From: Octopus sinensis
Taxonomy: Eukaryota
Reading direction: 5' to 3'
Length of the DNA: 64,000 bases
NCBI RefSeq assembly: GCF_006345805.1
Contig: NC_043012.1
Location: forward strand, 12,028,001 to 12,092,000
Shown here: one piece after another, positions 13,344 to 27,478 of the stretch
Position numbering within the stretch: position 1 is the stretch's first letter
Layout: each line of letters starts with the position of its first letter
Position numbers and translations under genes: made by a program
Notes under the pieces: model-generated
What the model saw: only the letters and a program-made list of their open reading frames with translations
What the model was told of the DNA's origin: nothing
The model's database searches: none

Positions 13344-15029
13344 TTTATATTAAGTTTAACTTACACATTGTACTAATGACAGGAAATTAAAGGGGTAGAA
13401 GAAAGGTATTATAAGTCCAACAGTTCTTTCTGGGGGCTCGGAGATCCGTGATAATGTTGGTGGATGTAGTTCAGCACAGTATGCAGCCGTATGGAAGCAA
13501 TTATCATTAGGTAAGACGAGCCACCGTCATCAGGCTAGAGATCTTACTTTTCAGATCTTAATGCAGAGAGGTTCAAATGTGTGGACTTTTTAATATGTCG
13601 GCACTTATGTGTTTAAGCGTTATCCAATCTTGCATTATCATGGATTAAAAAAAAATTCACTCGTGTGTGAGAAAGATGAAAAGCTTGATTTGTTGTCAGT
13701 ATAAAATGAAATGTTTCTCTGGGTATTTCAGCAACTAGGTTATCTCCGTAACTTTATCAATATATTACAAAATATATTACAAAATTGCAATCAGTTGATG
13801 CCAACGTCAAGTAAGAACTTAGGGAGGGGTTATCACTCTGAATTTCATTGCAAAACTGAACTATATATTTTGAAACAAAAACAAAACTATATATATATAT
13901 GTTTTTTAAAAAATCATGATTTTTTTATGGATTAGTGACAAAAAGCACGCCTGAGAAAGTTAATGAACCAATTTAGGCTTTAAATGAGTTTAGGGATAAA
14001 ACCTCTATCAACACTGAGCTGTATTGAAAACAATGTATCAATATTTCAACTTGAGTAGATCTTATCTGACTGGATGTCAAAACTATCTTATTTCTGGTCT
14101 GATTGAATAGAACCTATTGATATCTAGTATTTATCATTCGCTACGTTAAAAGAAAAGTTCAAAAAACATCTGTCACATTAACGTCTCGATTAACGAATTG
14201 ATTCTGCTTAAAAAGCTCACGCAATTTCAAACCAATTAGACCTCGTCAGCACCTAATTGCGAAGAACACGACAACTGTCGTCCTCTCCCCCACTAAATTC
14301 TCTCTAGTGATTCTAACGCCAGATTATTTAAAAATAAGTCTCAAATGAATGGTTTTATATGAAATTGTAAGCAGTCGTAGAATAAGATGCAAAAAATTAT
14401 GAGAGAGAGAGAGAGAGAGAGAGTGGAAAAGGAAAAAGGAGAAGTGAATGATAGAAATGGTAAGAGAAAGAGTGAGTTAAAAAATGAGGGTTTATGGGGT
14501 TCAAAAGGCTGCGTAGAAAAGTAGATGCCACTTCGTCGCTACATTTCAGTTGATTTATGTATACATTAAGGCGGTAAATCAACAGGTGACAGATATATTT
14601 TGTTTCGCACAAATCACTATACAATGTTACTGCTTACTTTATAGAAGACATTTAAAGTTCTGATTCACTCTCTCATATTTTCTTCTATATATTTTCTTCT
14701 ATATATTTTCTTCTACGCAGTTATTTTTCTGTGTTTTGTGCGTGTATATATATAAATATATGACTATGCGTGTGAGTGCGTGTATCTATGTAAGTGCGCT
14801 CGCGTGCGCTTATCTGTATGGTTTAAGTGAGTGTGTGATTTAACTGATAAAATTTTCGAATGCATTTGATGTTTTTCTTTATTCTTCAATTTACACACCA
14901 ACAATTCTTCGAGCCAGTGGGAACTTAATTTCCTACACTTCGTTTATCATTCTTTATTACTTTCTTCCTTCATTTTCTTTTAGTCGCTTCACTTGATAGT
15001 AAGTTCTCTGCTTTATTTCCTATCTTAAC

Positions 15030-15052
15030 ATATTATTATTATTATTATTATT

Positions 15053-15119
<67 letters not shown>

Positions 15120-15138
15120 TATTATCATTCTTCTTCTT

Positions 15139-15169
<31 letters not shown>

Positions 15170-15190
15170 TTATTATTATTATTATTATTA

Positions 15191-15225
<35 letters not shown>

Positions 15226-15245
15226 GTTATTATTATTATTATTAT
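15030..15245. repeat. (TTA)n/(TTC)n compound microsatellite
   Basis: Directly visible. Confidence 0.95.
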
Positions 15246-15804
15246 CATTTCACTTTTTATTTCCATTGATATTAAAGCAAAAACGACAAAACAACAAAAC
15301 AGACTTGAAATGAAACGATACTCATAATGGAAAAAAAAATAAACTGGCAAAACGAAATCAACTAAAAATTCAAAGCAAAAAACACATAAAAAATCCCCCA
15401 AACATTTACTAGGAAATGAAAAAGAAAATGAAAATAAACTAGAGAAACGCTACAGGTTAAAGAGAGAGAAAGTAGAATGTTATAAAGAAGATAAGAAAAT
15501 CATCAAAGAGTGATGAATATTGAGACAGAAGCCTACATTAGAAGGAAAATAATATTTCTGACTGATTTGCATTTTCTTACTTTAAGTAATTTTGCACTCT
15601 TAGTCAACGTGTTGCAAAAAAAAATTCATTACTTTTTTATATCACAAATGGTGTCATCGAATAGCATCAGTAGGTTGAGTTTAATCTACGTTATATAGAG
15701 TGAATTACAAGTGGTTAGTCTTTTTGTAGGGGTTCAGTTTGCTAGAAACAATAACCAAAAGTCCTTCAGATCTTATCATCTCACAACAAGAATCCTTCAC
15801 TTGC

Positions 15805-16116
15805 TACATTCAGTGGGCTGCGGCCATACTGGGGCATCATCTTGATGGGTATTCTTTTTTTTTTGCGATTTTAGTCGAACAAATCGAATCCACAAATTAG
15901 TCTTTATCAAGTCTGGTACTTATTCTATTGGTCTCTTCTTTCACTATGTTACGAAGACTTGAACAAACCGACAAAGTTGTCAATTGGTGGTGGTGGTGGT
16001 GGGTACAAACACAAGCACATATACATATATGTATACACCTCACTGGATGGAGTACTCGTTCATCGATCCTATCTATAAGAGAACAGTAAACTACATATAT
16101 ACGTGTGTATATGTGC

Positions 16117-16179
<63 letters not shown>

Positions 16180-16231
16180 TTGATAGATAGATATATGCAT
16201 ATATGCGTACATATACATATACATGTTTGTG

Positions 16232-16294
<63 letters not shown>

Positions 16295-16478
16295 TGCGTG
16301 CGTGCGTTATATATACCATGAGCTTCCGAAGTTTCCATCAAACATATTTACACACATGGCATTAATTAATCGGCCCGAGGCTATTGCAGAAGACACTTGC
16401 ACAAAGTACTACGCACTGAGCCTGAACCTGCAATCAAGTGGTCGAAAAGACAACTTCTCAGCCATACAGCCATACCTG
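15805..16478 (-). mobile_element. Degenerate SINE family A split by microsatellites
   Basis: CTGCGGCCATACTGGGGCA, TTTAGTCGAACAAATCGA, CGGCCCGAGGCTATTGCAGAAGACACTTG. Confidence 0.65.
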
Positions 16479-16621
16479 CGACTAGGTGGTGAGAAAAAAA
16501 GTGTGTATGTGGGTGGGTGAAATACAGAAGCATCATGAAATAAAAAGCTCATTGAAGGTCATAGGCGTAATAGTCCAAGCTAAGCGAAATATAGAAATAT
16601 ATGTGAGACAGAAAGCTTATA

Positions 16622-16853
16622 TTTTTCTTTACTACCCACAAGGGGCTAAACACAGAGGTGACAAACAAGGACAGACAAAGGGATCAAGTCGAATACATCG
16701 ACCCCAGTGCGTAACTGGTACTTAATTTATCGACCCCGAAAGGATGAAAGGCACAGTCAACCTGGGCGGAATTTGAACTCGGAACATAAGGACAGACGAT
16801 ATATGGCTACGCATTTCGCCCGGCATGCTAACGTTTCGGCCAGCTCGCCGCCT
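16622..16853 (-). mobile_element. Full-length SINE family B with 18-bp TSD
   Basis: Reverse complement of the 3868 copy; perfect TGAGACAGAAAGCTTATA at 16604-16621 and 16854-16871. Confidence 0.93.
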
Positions 16854-16870
16854 TGAGACAGAAAGCTTAT

Positions 16871-16983
16871 AGTAGTAGTGTAGTAGTAGTAGTAGTAACA
16901 GTAGTAGTAGTAACAGTAGTAGTAGTAGTAGTAGCAGCAGCAGCAGTAGTAGTAGTAGTAGTAGTAGCAGCAGCAGTAGTAGC

Positions 16984-17015
<32 letters not shown>

Positions 17016-17050
17016 CAGCAGCAGCAGCAGCAGTAGCAGTAGTAGTAGTT

Positions 17051-17084
<34 letters not shown>

Positions 17085-17107
17085 AGTAGTAACTGCAGCA
17101 GCAGCAG
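16871..17107. repeat. (TAG)n/(CAG)n microsatellite
   Basis: Directly visible. Confidence 0.95.
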
Positions 17108-17666
17108 AAGTGGTTTCCTCGATTTCTTTGCAGTTATGATACAAGATTCGCTTCCTTAAGCGTACATTTGTCTTTCTCAGCTGAAGTAAAAGCGAAATGA
17201 AGATCGAATGTTATACAAAACGTAAGAAAAAATCGTTTCATAGACGTACCTGCATATATCATATAACTTTCGTGTATCGATGAATGAAAAGAAGTATAAA
17301 AAATATAAGAAGTATTTCTCCTCTCTTCCTCACATACTTACTTACGCTGTATCTCTGTCTATCTAACTATTAATCGATCGTTCGATTAAAATCCGTCGAT
17401 TGATCGAAGTATGCCTTCACATCTATAATTTCTTTGCGTAGCTGTTCCAGGTAGGCAGTGACCGAGAAAAATAGTTATCGTACCAAATATGACAGTTCCG
17501 TGGCCTTGTATATGAAAGTTTCTTTTAAAAAGAGGAGCTGCATGACTTGAAGAACAATGGGCTGTTATTTTTAGCAATTCTAAAATCATAATAAGGCTTA
17601 CCCCAACTCATACCAAAATCGTCTAGTAATTTGAAGGGAGGTCTGTTTAAAATTTAGCTAATCACC

Positions 17667-17821
<155 letters not shown>

Positions 17822-17950
17822 TTATGTGTCTTTCTGTCTGTCTATCTACTTATCTATGTACTTAACGACCAGCTAAATATGCACATATGTATATATGTAT
17901 GCAAGTATATGTATGTATATATGCATATAAATATATATATACACACACAT

Positions 17951-17981
<31 letters not shown>

Positions 17982-18526
17982 CCTACATAATATAAACGCA
18001 TATATCTGCAGACATGCATGCATGCGAGTGTGAATGTATGTATGTGTGTGTATTCGTATGTGTGTATGTGTGTATGTGTATATCTGTTGTGTGAGAAGCA
18101 TAAAGGAAGTATTAAATTCCTCAAGAGTATTTTTAGTCAAGAACTTATTTGGCACCAAGCAGAAGTGTCAAAAGGTCATAGCGACCTTGCCAGCTTGGAT
18201 TTATTGATATATAATATCGTGACATTCACCTACATTAACAATAAACACACGTGCACTTACTTCCACTAACGCTTGCATGACTGTATAATCAAAGTCATAA
18301 AAATGTGGACAGTTTGACATACACATGAACATAATACATTCATATTAGCATAGACAGACATACACACACATCCGCACACGCATGCAGATGCACACACATA
18401 GATATATATGCACACACACACAAAGACACACACATATATATATACATATATAAATAAAACATACATAATATATAGGCATTGTATGTGCACGTAACATATG
18501 TATATATATATTTGTGTGTATATATG

Positions 18527-18577
<51 letters not shown>

Positions 18578-18777
18578 GTGTGTGTGTGTGTATGTGTTAA
18601 CATATGGTACAATTACAAACGGCAAATTTTTATCCATTTCTCCACAGACTGAAAAATATGAAGAACCTTAATCAATACGTTTATTCTTTTATTCCTTTAC
18701 TTGTTTCAGTCATTTGACTGTAGCCATGCTGGAGCACCACTTTGCTATGTATATATACATACATATACATATATATT

Positions 18778-18817
<40 letters not shown>

Positions 18818-18904
18818 ATATAAATAATATATAAATATATGCATATATACATACATATATGTACATAACTACATATATATATATATGTATATATACATGC
18901 ATAT

Positions 18905-19218
18905 AGGGGTGCAAGACATCAAAAACACGTTGAACACAATGAAAAACGAAAACATAAAAACAAAAACATAGAAACGAAATTGTTTTCGAACAACGAAAAA
19001 AAACCCAAAGAAAATAGAGAAACGAGACATACAACATAAAGAATATTCCCCTTCTTCAGCTGTCCCTGTTTCAACTACTCCCCGTCCCGAAGTCAAGGAC
19101 AAGACGCGACTTAGTTGAAACAATTCTTCCCACAAAGCAAATTAAATAAACGTTGGGTTTTTGCGGAGGGTGAAAGTGTTAACAAGGACAGGGCAGTGAC
19201 AAAACAGTAAAAACAGTA

Positions 19219-19220
<2 letters not shown>
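18905..19220. mobile_element. Repeat fragment inserted in (TA)n, possibly Penelope-like
   Basis: A-rich terminus style and (TA)n flanks as in the other Penelope-like ends; minus strand has CTGAAGA but no complete hammerhead. Confidence 0.35.
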
Positions 19221-19301
<81 letters not shown>

Positions 19302-19303
19302 GA

Positions 19304-19336
<33 letters not shown>

Positions 19337-19339
19337 AAA

Positions 19340-19490
19340 AATCCAAAATTGGGACAAGAACGCAAAACATCCAGAGACAGACGATACAAACAAAACAAGG
19401 ACGGCTCGGATGTTTTGTTGTCCCTGTTTTTGTATCACCTAACTATCTGGTTGTTTTGCGTTCTTGTCCCATTTTTGTATTATTTATATA
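19340..19490. mobile_element. Short fold-back of two inverted termini of the 9812/22570 family
   Basis: TGGGACAAGAACGCAAAACA ... TGTTTTGCGTTCTTGTCCCA, a perfect 20-bp inverted repeat. Confidence 0.75.
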
Positions 19491-19670
19491 TCAAATATAG
19501 CGGCGTACGTACACTTTGGTCTCTGATATATATATATATGTACACACGCATTCACACACACACACGCACATGTATATGACGTCTTTTGAATAGAGTCTAG
19601 TAACCTCTTGCTGGAAAGTAAACAAAATATCATCAATACGTCAATATATTTTCTGGCAAGTTTTATTCAG

Positions 19671-19763
19671 ATCTTCTGTGAACATTTGAAACCTGACTAA
19701 TGCCGACATCTAACGGGAACTGGAAGCCGTAGGCTGCTTTGTGGGAAGTCAATGGCTTGACAG
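19671..19763 (+). other. Candidate non-coding exon
   Basis: Acceptor TTTTATTCAG and donor CAG|GTGAGC; stops in all three frames; no transcript evidence. Confidence 0.25.
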
Positions 19764-20123
19764 GTGAGCGTCGGTCGTCAGAGAGATATCAGGACGAGAT
19801 AGACAGACAGGCAGACAGGCAGCTAGGCTGGCAAATAGGCAGGTAGGCAGACAAGAAGGCAGACATGTAGGCAGCTTGCCAGGCAAGTAGGCAAGTAGGC
19901 AAGTAGGCAGCCAGGCAATTAGACGAACAACAGTAAGCAAATTGGCAGACAAGCAAATCAGTCAGTCAGTCTGTCAAACGGTCAGACGACAGCATGGTCG
20001 GAAATGACGGCCCAGACTGTCACTTACACATACATGTTATGCACTTTCGGTTTGTAACGGTTATGGTCTCAATCATATTGATGATGATGATGATGATGAT
20101 GATGATGACAGTAGCCTCTGGAT

Positions 20124-20370
20124 CAGTGTTTCTTAACCGTTGCTAAACCATGGACTCCTTCGGTTACTATTTTCCCCTCGTGACTCCCAAAGACATGCGA
20201 TGTTTAAATACCGGTTTTATAAATATTTCTTTCAAAATTCCCATATTGTTTCTCACCCTTTCCTTTCTCTAAGCTGAATTATGAATAATGCTTGAGAAAC
20301 AAATAATAAAAATAAAACAAGCTGTTTCTTGCAATACAAACATCTAAATCACAAATTTTAATGGACCTTT
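20124..20370 (+). mobile_element. hAT (Charlie-like) MITE, left part
   Basis: Starts CAGTGTTTCTTAACC, a Charlie-type TIR. Confidence 0.5.
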
Positions 20371-20690
20371 AAAATACAACTAATTTACACTTTTATCTTT
20401 GTGCCCCACCCCACCTCAGACATGACCGCATTTACTTTCAACATTACTGAAATCGATAAATTAAAGTACCAATCAAATACTCGAGTATATGCACAGATGT
20501 AATCGAATATACTCTTTTTTCCATTACTCGTGGACACGTATCTCTCACAAAAATCACTGTTTGTATTGAATGTATGCATGTCACTTAGTAAAAACTTATT
20601 GACTTTCTTATCAAACTAAAAGCAGAGAAGTATGTATTTGTTATAATTCATCGTGAATCGTGTGACTCGCACCCCTTTTCTGTGTGTGTA

Positions 20691-20736
<46 letters not shown>

Positions 20737-20737
20737 G

Positions 20738-20905
20738 CGAAGCATGGCTCAATGGTTAGAAAGTCAAGCTCACGATCGGGAGGTTGTGAGTTCGAATCCC
20801 AGACCGGGCTGTGTGTTGTATTCTTGAGCAAGACACTTTATTTCACGTTGCTCAAGTTCACTCAGGTGTAGAAATGAGTTGCGTCGCTACAGATGCAAAG
20901 CTGTA
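20738..20905 (+). mobile_element. CORE-SINE 5' part (family C)
   Basis: TGGCTCAATGG A box, GAGTTCGAATCCC B box, TTCTTGAGCAAGACACTTTATTTCACGTTGCTC as in the 25942 copy. Confidence 0.8.
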
Positions 20906-20974
20906 TTAGTCTTTGCCTTAACCATGGATATGTATATATATATATATATATACACACACACATATATATATATA

Positions 20975-21210
20975 TCTCACGGACTCTCCCGTTGTTAGAT
21001 GCCGAACAACCACACCGATGATTTGTTTATAGTGATCAAATGTTTGTGTACACATAAGCTCTCCCTCCATCAAATTGCTATTACCTGTACAGGTGCACCG
21101 TGCGCTACATGTCAGATGACCAAGTGATCGCAGAGCAACGCCTATTCTGGGAACCGAACTCACCATCTCCCAATCGTCAATGCAACACCGTAACCACTAA
21201 GCCATGCAAC
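20975..21210 (-). mobile_element. Degenerate tRNA-derived SINE
   Basis: Minus-strand head GCATGGCTTAGTGGTTACGGTG...GAGTTCGGTTCCC. Confidence 0.55.
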
Positions 21211-21969
21211 TTCGCACACACATGTACACACACACACACGCACACATGCACACAAACACACGTACACACACATATAACACATTCAGGTACACGGACACAC
21301 ATACACACATAGAGATGGGTGTTGTGTGATTGCGTATATGCAATATGCACTAAGTATGTGTTTATATATCAAAAATATTCAAATCAAGAACTGTTGATAT
21401 GTTTTGCAAACCTTCGCCCTATTATTGATTGGAAGAATCTGAAACTGCGAATTAATCATAATTATTTCTGATCTTTTAGACAGAATCTCAGAATTTTGAC
21501 GCAAATTCAATGAGTTTAGACAATGAATTAAAGGCAAAGTGCCGAGTAAATGTCAACGTGTCAGCGAAAGATTGTTTGCATTTATGCACACAACCGATTA
21601 TAAATCCGTTTGTGTTCTCCGCTAAAGTCTTGGTATAGATTTCACAGTAGTTCACCGTAAATGCCTTATTTCTCAGAAGCTTTAAGCAAGACGTTTATAT
21701 CTGCTGTCTTATCTTGAGTGAATTTGCAATGACTGGCGATTTTATCCCGTGTATAGGAGAGAGATATGCGCAATCATATAATGTGTGCAAATATATTCAC
21801 ACATACAATTACATATAAGATATATATCTCCTTTGAGTTTGTTTACGGAAAAAGTTTATGAATATGCATATAAAAGTTTCTATTTTATTATGCCGGCTAC
21901 AGCCAAATGATAGCAACATACGATAGCAGTTTTTCTGGGTACCACCAAGCCCTGCAGACATTATGTAGG

Positions 21970-22042
<73 letters not shown>

Positions 22043-22060
22043 CCATGGATGCAATTTATA

Positions 22061-22215
22061 AATATTTTAATGCACCACTACGCGCGTTTCCACAATTCTC
22101 ATGTTTCTTACGAGTATAGTCTGTATTCCAGTACCGTAACCATTCCAGGAATACAGTCTATGTCGTAAGTAGCATGCGATGTGTAGAAACGCGCGTAGCG
22201 ATGCGTTGAAATATT
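22061..22215. repeat. Fold-back repeat following (TAA)n; one arm recurs at 57625-57720
   Basis: ~68-bp imperfect inverted arms, for example CTACGCGCGTTTC / GAAACGCGCGTAG. Confidence 0.75.
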
Positions 22216-22441
22216 CCATCCAAGTACCGATCGAGAATTCCTTATACTGACGTCTGGCAAACGGAAATTGCGGAAAATGACGTCAGTATAAGGATTTCTT
22301 GGTCAGCATTTTCGTAAAATGAAGGTCCTTGTTAGAGAATATGTTTACATTTACGTGTGTTGACTATAGCATTAGCTTTTATTTCTTGCAATGTCGCTAT
22401 TTTCTAGCACCTCAGGCACCCAGGCATATTTGGTGACAATA

Positions 22442-22567
<126 letters not shown>

Positions 22568-22569
22568 TA

Positions 22570-23080
22570 TACAAAATGATTGGACAAGAACGCAAAACAC
22601 CCGGAGAGCTAAGTGATAGATACAGGGACAACAAATCATCCAGATAGATGATACAAAGAAAACAAGGATGGGTCATCCGAAGTTTTCTTTCCTCGGTCAA
22701 GCACCAGATTATCCTCGCAATTTCGGCTGATTATTCTTGAAGTTGCTCCAATCTGGCCAGCCCAAAGGAAAAACTAAACTAAGTGCATTAGATTCCTTGG
22801 AAGAAAGCAGTGAATGTATACAAAAACAAGGACAGAAAAAACGGACAATGTTACACAAATATAAAAACAATAAAAATAATAACAGGCCAGAACAACAGGT
22901 GTGTTTCGACTAAGGACGAATTGAATTAAGCTGGCGCGTGTGGTAACGAAGCCTTACGGCAGAGATACAAAAGTTTCACAAACGCACGGAAGAATATCGA
23001 TGTTGCACGGACAACGGCCAGTCCAAGAAAGAAAGAGCAGGCTTGGCCGAACGGCGGGTACGTGTGAAGAAAAGAGAAGT
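22570..23080. mobile_element. Longer copy of the (TA)n-associated Penelope-like terminus family
   Basis: Colinear with 9812-10167 and starts in (TA)n. Confidence 0.65.
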
Positions 23081-23626
23081 AGAAGTTAAATTTTTGCTAC
23101 ATTTAGATTTTAAAATCCAAATCTTTAAAGTAAATCATGATTCAACGGTTACAAATACAAGAGAGGCTACACTTCTGATGATTACAGCTTGCATGTGTAT
23201 GTAAATGTGTATATATGAAACATGTTATGCAATGATGATGGCATCAGCGTTTGTTTGCTTCCAATTTAACGACTGATTTTGGTAAGATTTCAACTGGGTA
23301 GTGCTGTTGCTAAAGGTGGTGCCGTTTTCAATGTCGGGTATAATTGTCAGATATAATCTCTAAAGTGAAGTTCTACATAGCCAAAAATGTTTCTTACAAT
23401 CCGGTTTGGATGACACTAAGAAAGTCTGTAAACAAAAGATGTTTCTCTTAGTTACATTAGCAAAAGGAAAATAATCAAGAAAGAAAGAATAAATCATTAA
23501 AAAAATCATATTTTAGACGATCGCCTACGCTTGTAAGTCTGTTGTGACGGTGTTGTCCATCCATCTGTCCGTCCGTCTGATCGTCTGTCTGTCTGTGTGT
23601 TGGTGTGTCTGTCTGTCTGTCTTCTG

Positions 23627-23720
<94 letters not shown>

Positions 23721-23785
23721 AGTCTGTCTATCTAATCTATATATCTATCAATGTATCTGTCTATCTGTCTGTCTGTCTCTCCCCC

Positions 23786-23817
<32 letters not shown>

Positions 23818-24348
23818 GAAGGCAAGAGCGTATGAACGTGTACTCATGTGTGCGCGTCTGTGCGCTTGTGTGACTAAGAAGGATGAGTAAACATAGTGAA
23901 AAATTGAACGTAATGCTTCGACTGGTTTTTGTCATTCTGTACACTGAGACATTACCATCAATCAATACCGTGTACCATTGAGAAATTATTGACGTCTTGC
24001 CAACTATTAATCACACATTACATTGAAAACATATTATATAATGATAGAACCATGTCATGTCATTCCATTTCATATATCATTCATTCATTCTTTCATTCAT
24101 TCATTCATTCTTTCATTTATTCTTTTATTCTCTTATTCATTCATTCCTAAACTGATTAAATTACGTATTTCTTCATTTACTCATTTATTCGCTAGTTAGT
24201 TTGTATCTTCGTTGATATATATTTGCGAACTCATTCGATTATTTATTGATTTAAATATTCGTTCATTTAAAAAATTTATTTATTTATTCATTATTTAAAA
24301 AAATGTTTCATTCATTTGCGTGTTCGTTCAGTTTTAGATTCATTCAAG

Positions 24349-24470
24349 CACAGGCGTGATCGTGCGGTACAAAGTGTACTTCCCACCCACATAATTCCGT
24401 GTTCAGTCCTACTGCGGCGTAGTAGTTTGGGTGAGTGTCGCCTATCATAGCCTCGGACCAACCAACGACT
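24349..24470 (+). mobile_element. SINE family A 5' fragment
   Basis: GTTCAGTCCTACTGCG...TAGCCTCGGACCAACC. Confidence 0.6.
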
Positions 24471-24471
24471 T

Positions 24472-24765
24472 GGCCTAGTGGTTAGAGCAGCGGACTCCCG
24501 GTCTCAGACCGGGCGTTGTCTGTGTTTATGAGCGAAAAACCTAACCTCCACGCGGCTCCGGCAGAAGGTAATGACGAAACTTCTGCTGACTCTTTCGCCA
24601 CAACTTTCTCTCTCTCTTTCCTCCTGCATCTTGCAGCTCACTTGCGACGGACCGGCGTCCAGTCCAGGTGGGGCACCTATACGCCAAGAAAACCGGGAAA
24701 CCGGCCCTAAGAATCAGACGTGGCTCGAGAAGGAACAAGTAACAACAACAACAACAACAACAACA
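24472..24765 (+). mobile_element. tRNA-derived SINE (head H1, body M1, tail T2) ending in (AAC)n
   Basis: GGCCTAGTGGTTAGAGCAGCGGACTC head; ATGAGCGAAAA...CTCTTTCGCCACAACTTTCTCTC body as in the 8903 copy; different tail GCGACGGACCGGCGTCCAGTCCAGG. Confidence 0.85.
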
Positions 24766-24772
24766 ATATATA

Positions 24773-24842
<70 letters not shown>

Positions 24843-25059
24843 TTTAAAAGATACCTTTTAAATAAATACCAGGATAAAAAAAACCAAACGTGTTGGGGTC
24901 GATTCATTTGGCTAAAATTCTTCTACTTGATGCCCCAGCATGGACGTAGTCTAGTGACTGAAACAAGTGGATGATAAAAGATCCATTTAGAATTCATTCG
25001 GTCGTGTAGGCGCTCATTTGCTAGTTTGCTGATTTATTTATTTACTTATTTATTTATAT

Positions 25060-25226
25060 AGGCTCAGTTGTGGCTGTGTGGTAAGAGGTTTGCTTCCCAG
25101 CCACATATTGCCAGGTGAAGTTCCATTGCTTTTCATCTTGGACAAATGACTTCTAATATAACCCGGACCAACTAAAGAACTGTGAGTGGATTTGATAGGC
25201 GTAAACACAAAGAAGCAATTCGTGTA
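25060..25226 (+). mobile_element. SINE family A 5' half (degenerate)
   Basis: TGTGGCTGTGTGGTAAGAGG...GTGAGTGGATTTG. Confidence 0.65.
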
Positions 25227-25941
25227 TATGTGTGTGCATGTATGAGTATGTGTGTTATTTTATAAATAATGCAAGTTTCAGTTTGCCTGTTGCGTTATGT
25301 ATTAGCTTCCACATGGATTTTGGTGCAGACATTCTCAAAGGTGGTATTTTAGAGTTACTAAAGCTTTACATCTGGTTTAAAGCAGCATCTCTTTCGGGTT
25401 TACGTCCCTTGTACAAATGCGCAAAGGTCGATTTTGCCTTTCATTCTTTCGGGATCGAGAAATAAGTACCACCCAAGCAATCGCCTAAGCTCCTCCCTGC
25501 AAATCTCAGACCTTTTGCTTATAGTAGAAAAGAATTTAGCTAAATACAACACCTTATCGTGTCTCACTGCTATCCTTTTCGTTTCATAGATAATATGATA
25601 ATAGGTGTTTGCGTAGATATCCATGTATTTTTATCTGGTGTTATTCTTTCAAGACGTAAGTGTTTCTTAAGCAGCTTTGTATCAACATTTTGTTTTGTCT
25701 GAAAATATTTAGATTTTCCTAGAGTTCTTGATACAGTTGTATATTTGTTTATGATAAACAAGTGTATATGTGTGTGTGCCTGTTAGTGTGTGTACGCACA
25801 CATACTATAATTTCGTAAATATACACGTATATATTTATATATACATATATAATATATAGTATATATATATGTATTTATATATGTGTGTGTGTCTATACAT
25901 ACATAAACATACACATACACATATATATATATATGTTATGT

Positions 25942-26262
25942 GAGGGCGCGTGGCTAAGTGGTTAGGGCATTCGGCTCATGATCGTAAGGTTGTGAGTTCG
26001 ATTCCCGGCGACGCGTTGTATCCTTGAGCAAGACACTTTATTTCACGTTGCTCCAGTCCACTCAGCTGGCAAAAATGAGTTGTACTTGTATTTCAAAGGG
26101 TCAGCCTTGTCACTCTCTGTGTCACGCTGATTATCCCCGAGAACTACGTTAAGGGTACACGTGTCTGTGGAATGCTCAGCCATTTGCACGTTAATTTCAC
26201 GAGCAAGTTGTTCCGTTGATCGTATCAGCTGGGACCCTCGTCGTCGTAACCGGCGGAGTCTT
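25942..26262 (+). mobile_element. Full-length CORE-SINE (family C, tail T1)
   Basis: A box TGGCTAAGTGG, B box GAGTTCGATTCCC, and TCCTTGAGCAAGACACTTTATTTCACGTTGCTCCAGTCCACTCAGCTGGCAAAAATG, alignable by eye to the MIR/CORE domain. Confidence 0.88.
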
Positions 26263-26305
26263 TAGAATATATGTTATTGTGTGTATATATATATATATAT
26301 ATATC

Positions 26306-26339
<34 letters not shown>

Positions 26340-27392
26340 TGTAATATTGAAATATGCAAATATATACATACATATACAGGTGCATACATTGACATCTATA
26401 AACACGCGTACATACATTTGTAGTGACATATGTGCGCGCGACCGCTGTTAATTATGCTCAGCTAAGAGAGGTTCCCTGCGTAGACTGCCGGAAGCGATCG
26501 TGAGATGTTTTGATATAAGCTTAACAACAACAGCTGCTTTATCAGTCACGGTTGTATTTGTAGTTTGTGAACTTTAGGTTATATTCCGGCCTTCATAATA
26601 GAATTAATTACGCCTTTTTAGATGAACGAAGAAAGCTACAAATGGCCCAGAGGTTTAACTTGCAAATGACTACCCCCCCACACAACACACACTACACATA
26701 TGATGCTATTTGTGTTTCATATTAGATACAGATATACCGTTGAGCAGCATAATGTTATGGATTTTGCCTGAGAAAAAGTATCTGCATAGACACGATGTGT
26801 GAAGAACATAATATGTATTGGAGTGCGGCGAATAGCTTCGTAGCAGTGATCTCTCGTACATTATAGACGGATTTCGTTCTGGTTGGGGCTTGTCAGTGTC
26901 GTGCACTCGTTTGTCATGTGCTGAGGCGAAAGTCGTACGCCGACACATAGGAAGCAGTGAATAATACATTCACTGGTTTGAGGAAGAAAAATTCACTGAA
27001 CGCAATCGCGAGAGCATTTTATTAAAATCGCTATTCGTGTAACATACTAAATGTATATACAACATTAAAATATATTGTTTTTGGGCGAGAGAAAAATCTT
27101 ATAGTGGCATGTTGTGTTAAAACGCGACTTCTGTGCTCATCGATTTCTTTTACTGTCCCACACACGCGCGCGCATACACACGCACGCGCGCAACATACTC
27201 AAACGCACATAGATACATACATACGTATGTCGTGTTGTTAAAAGAACTTATTTTTGAAAATCTTCTCTCAGACAAAAACCACAGCTTCATACCTTCCGAC
27301 GGTGTACGTAAATTTAGTATGATGCAAATGTCGATTTTAATTTAATGCTGCTTCGGTTGCGTTCACAGAGTTATTTCATATACATATTACTT

Positions 27393-27423
<31 letters not shown>

Positions 27424-27478
27424 TCTCTCTCTCTCTCTCTCAGACAGACACACATACATACACACACATGTATGTATA

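Noticed and set aside
14213-14256. Minus-strand CTGACGA...GAAA as a hammerhead
   Set aside because: Stem II is weak and there is no valid stem III or UH cleavage site.
23170-23230. CTGATGA...GAAACATGTT as a hammerhead (likewise 44163-44230)
   Set aside because: Stem I does not pair or the GAAA box is broken; at most decayed relics.
25942-26015. tRNA genes
   Set aside because: All A/B-box sequences are SINE heads continuing into SINE bodies, with no complete cloverleaf.
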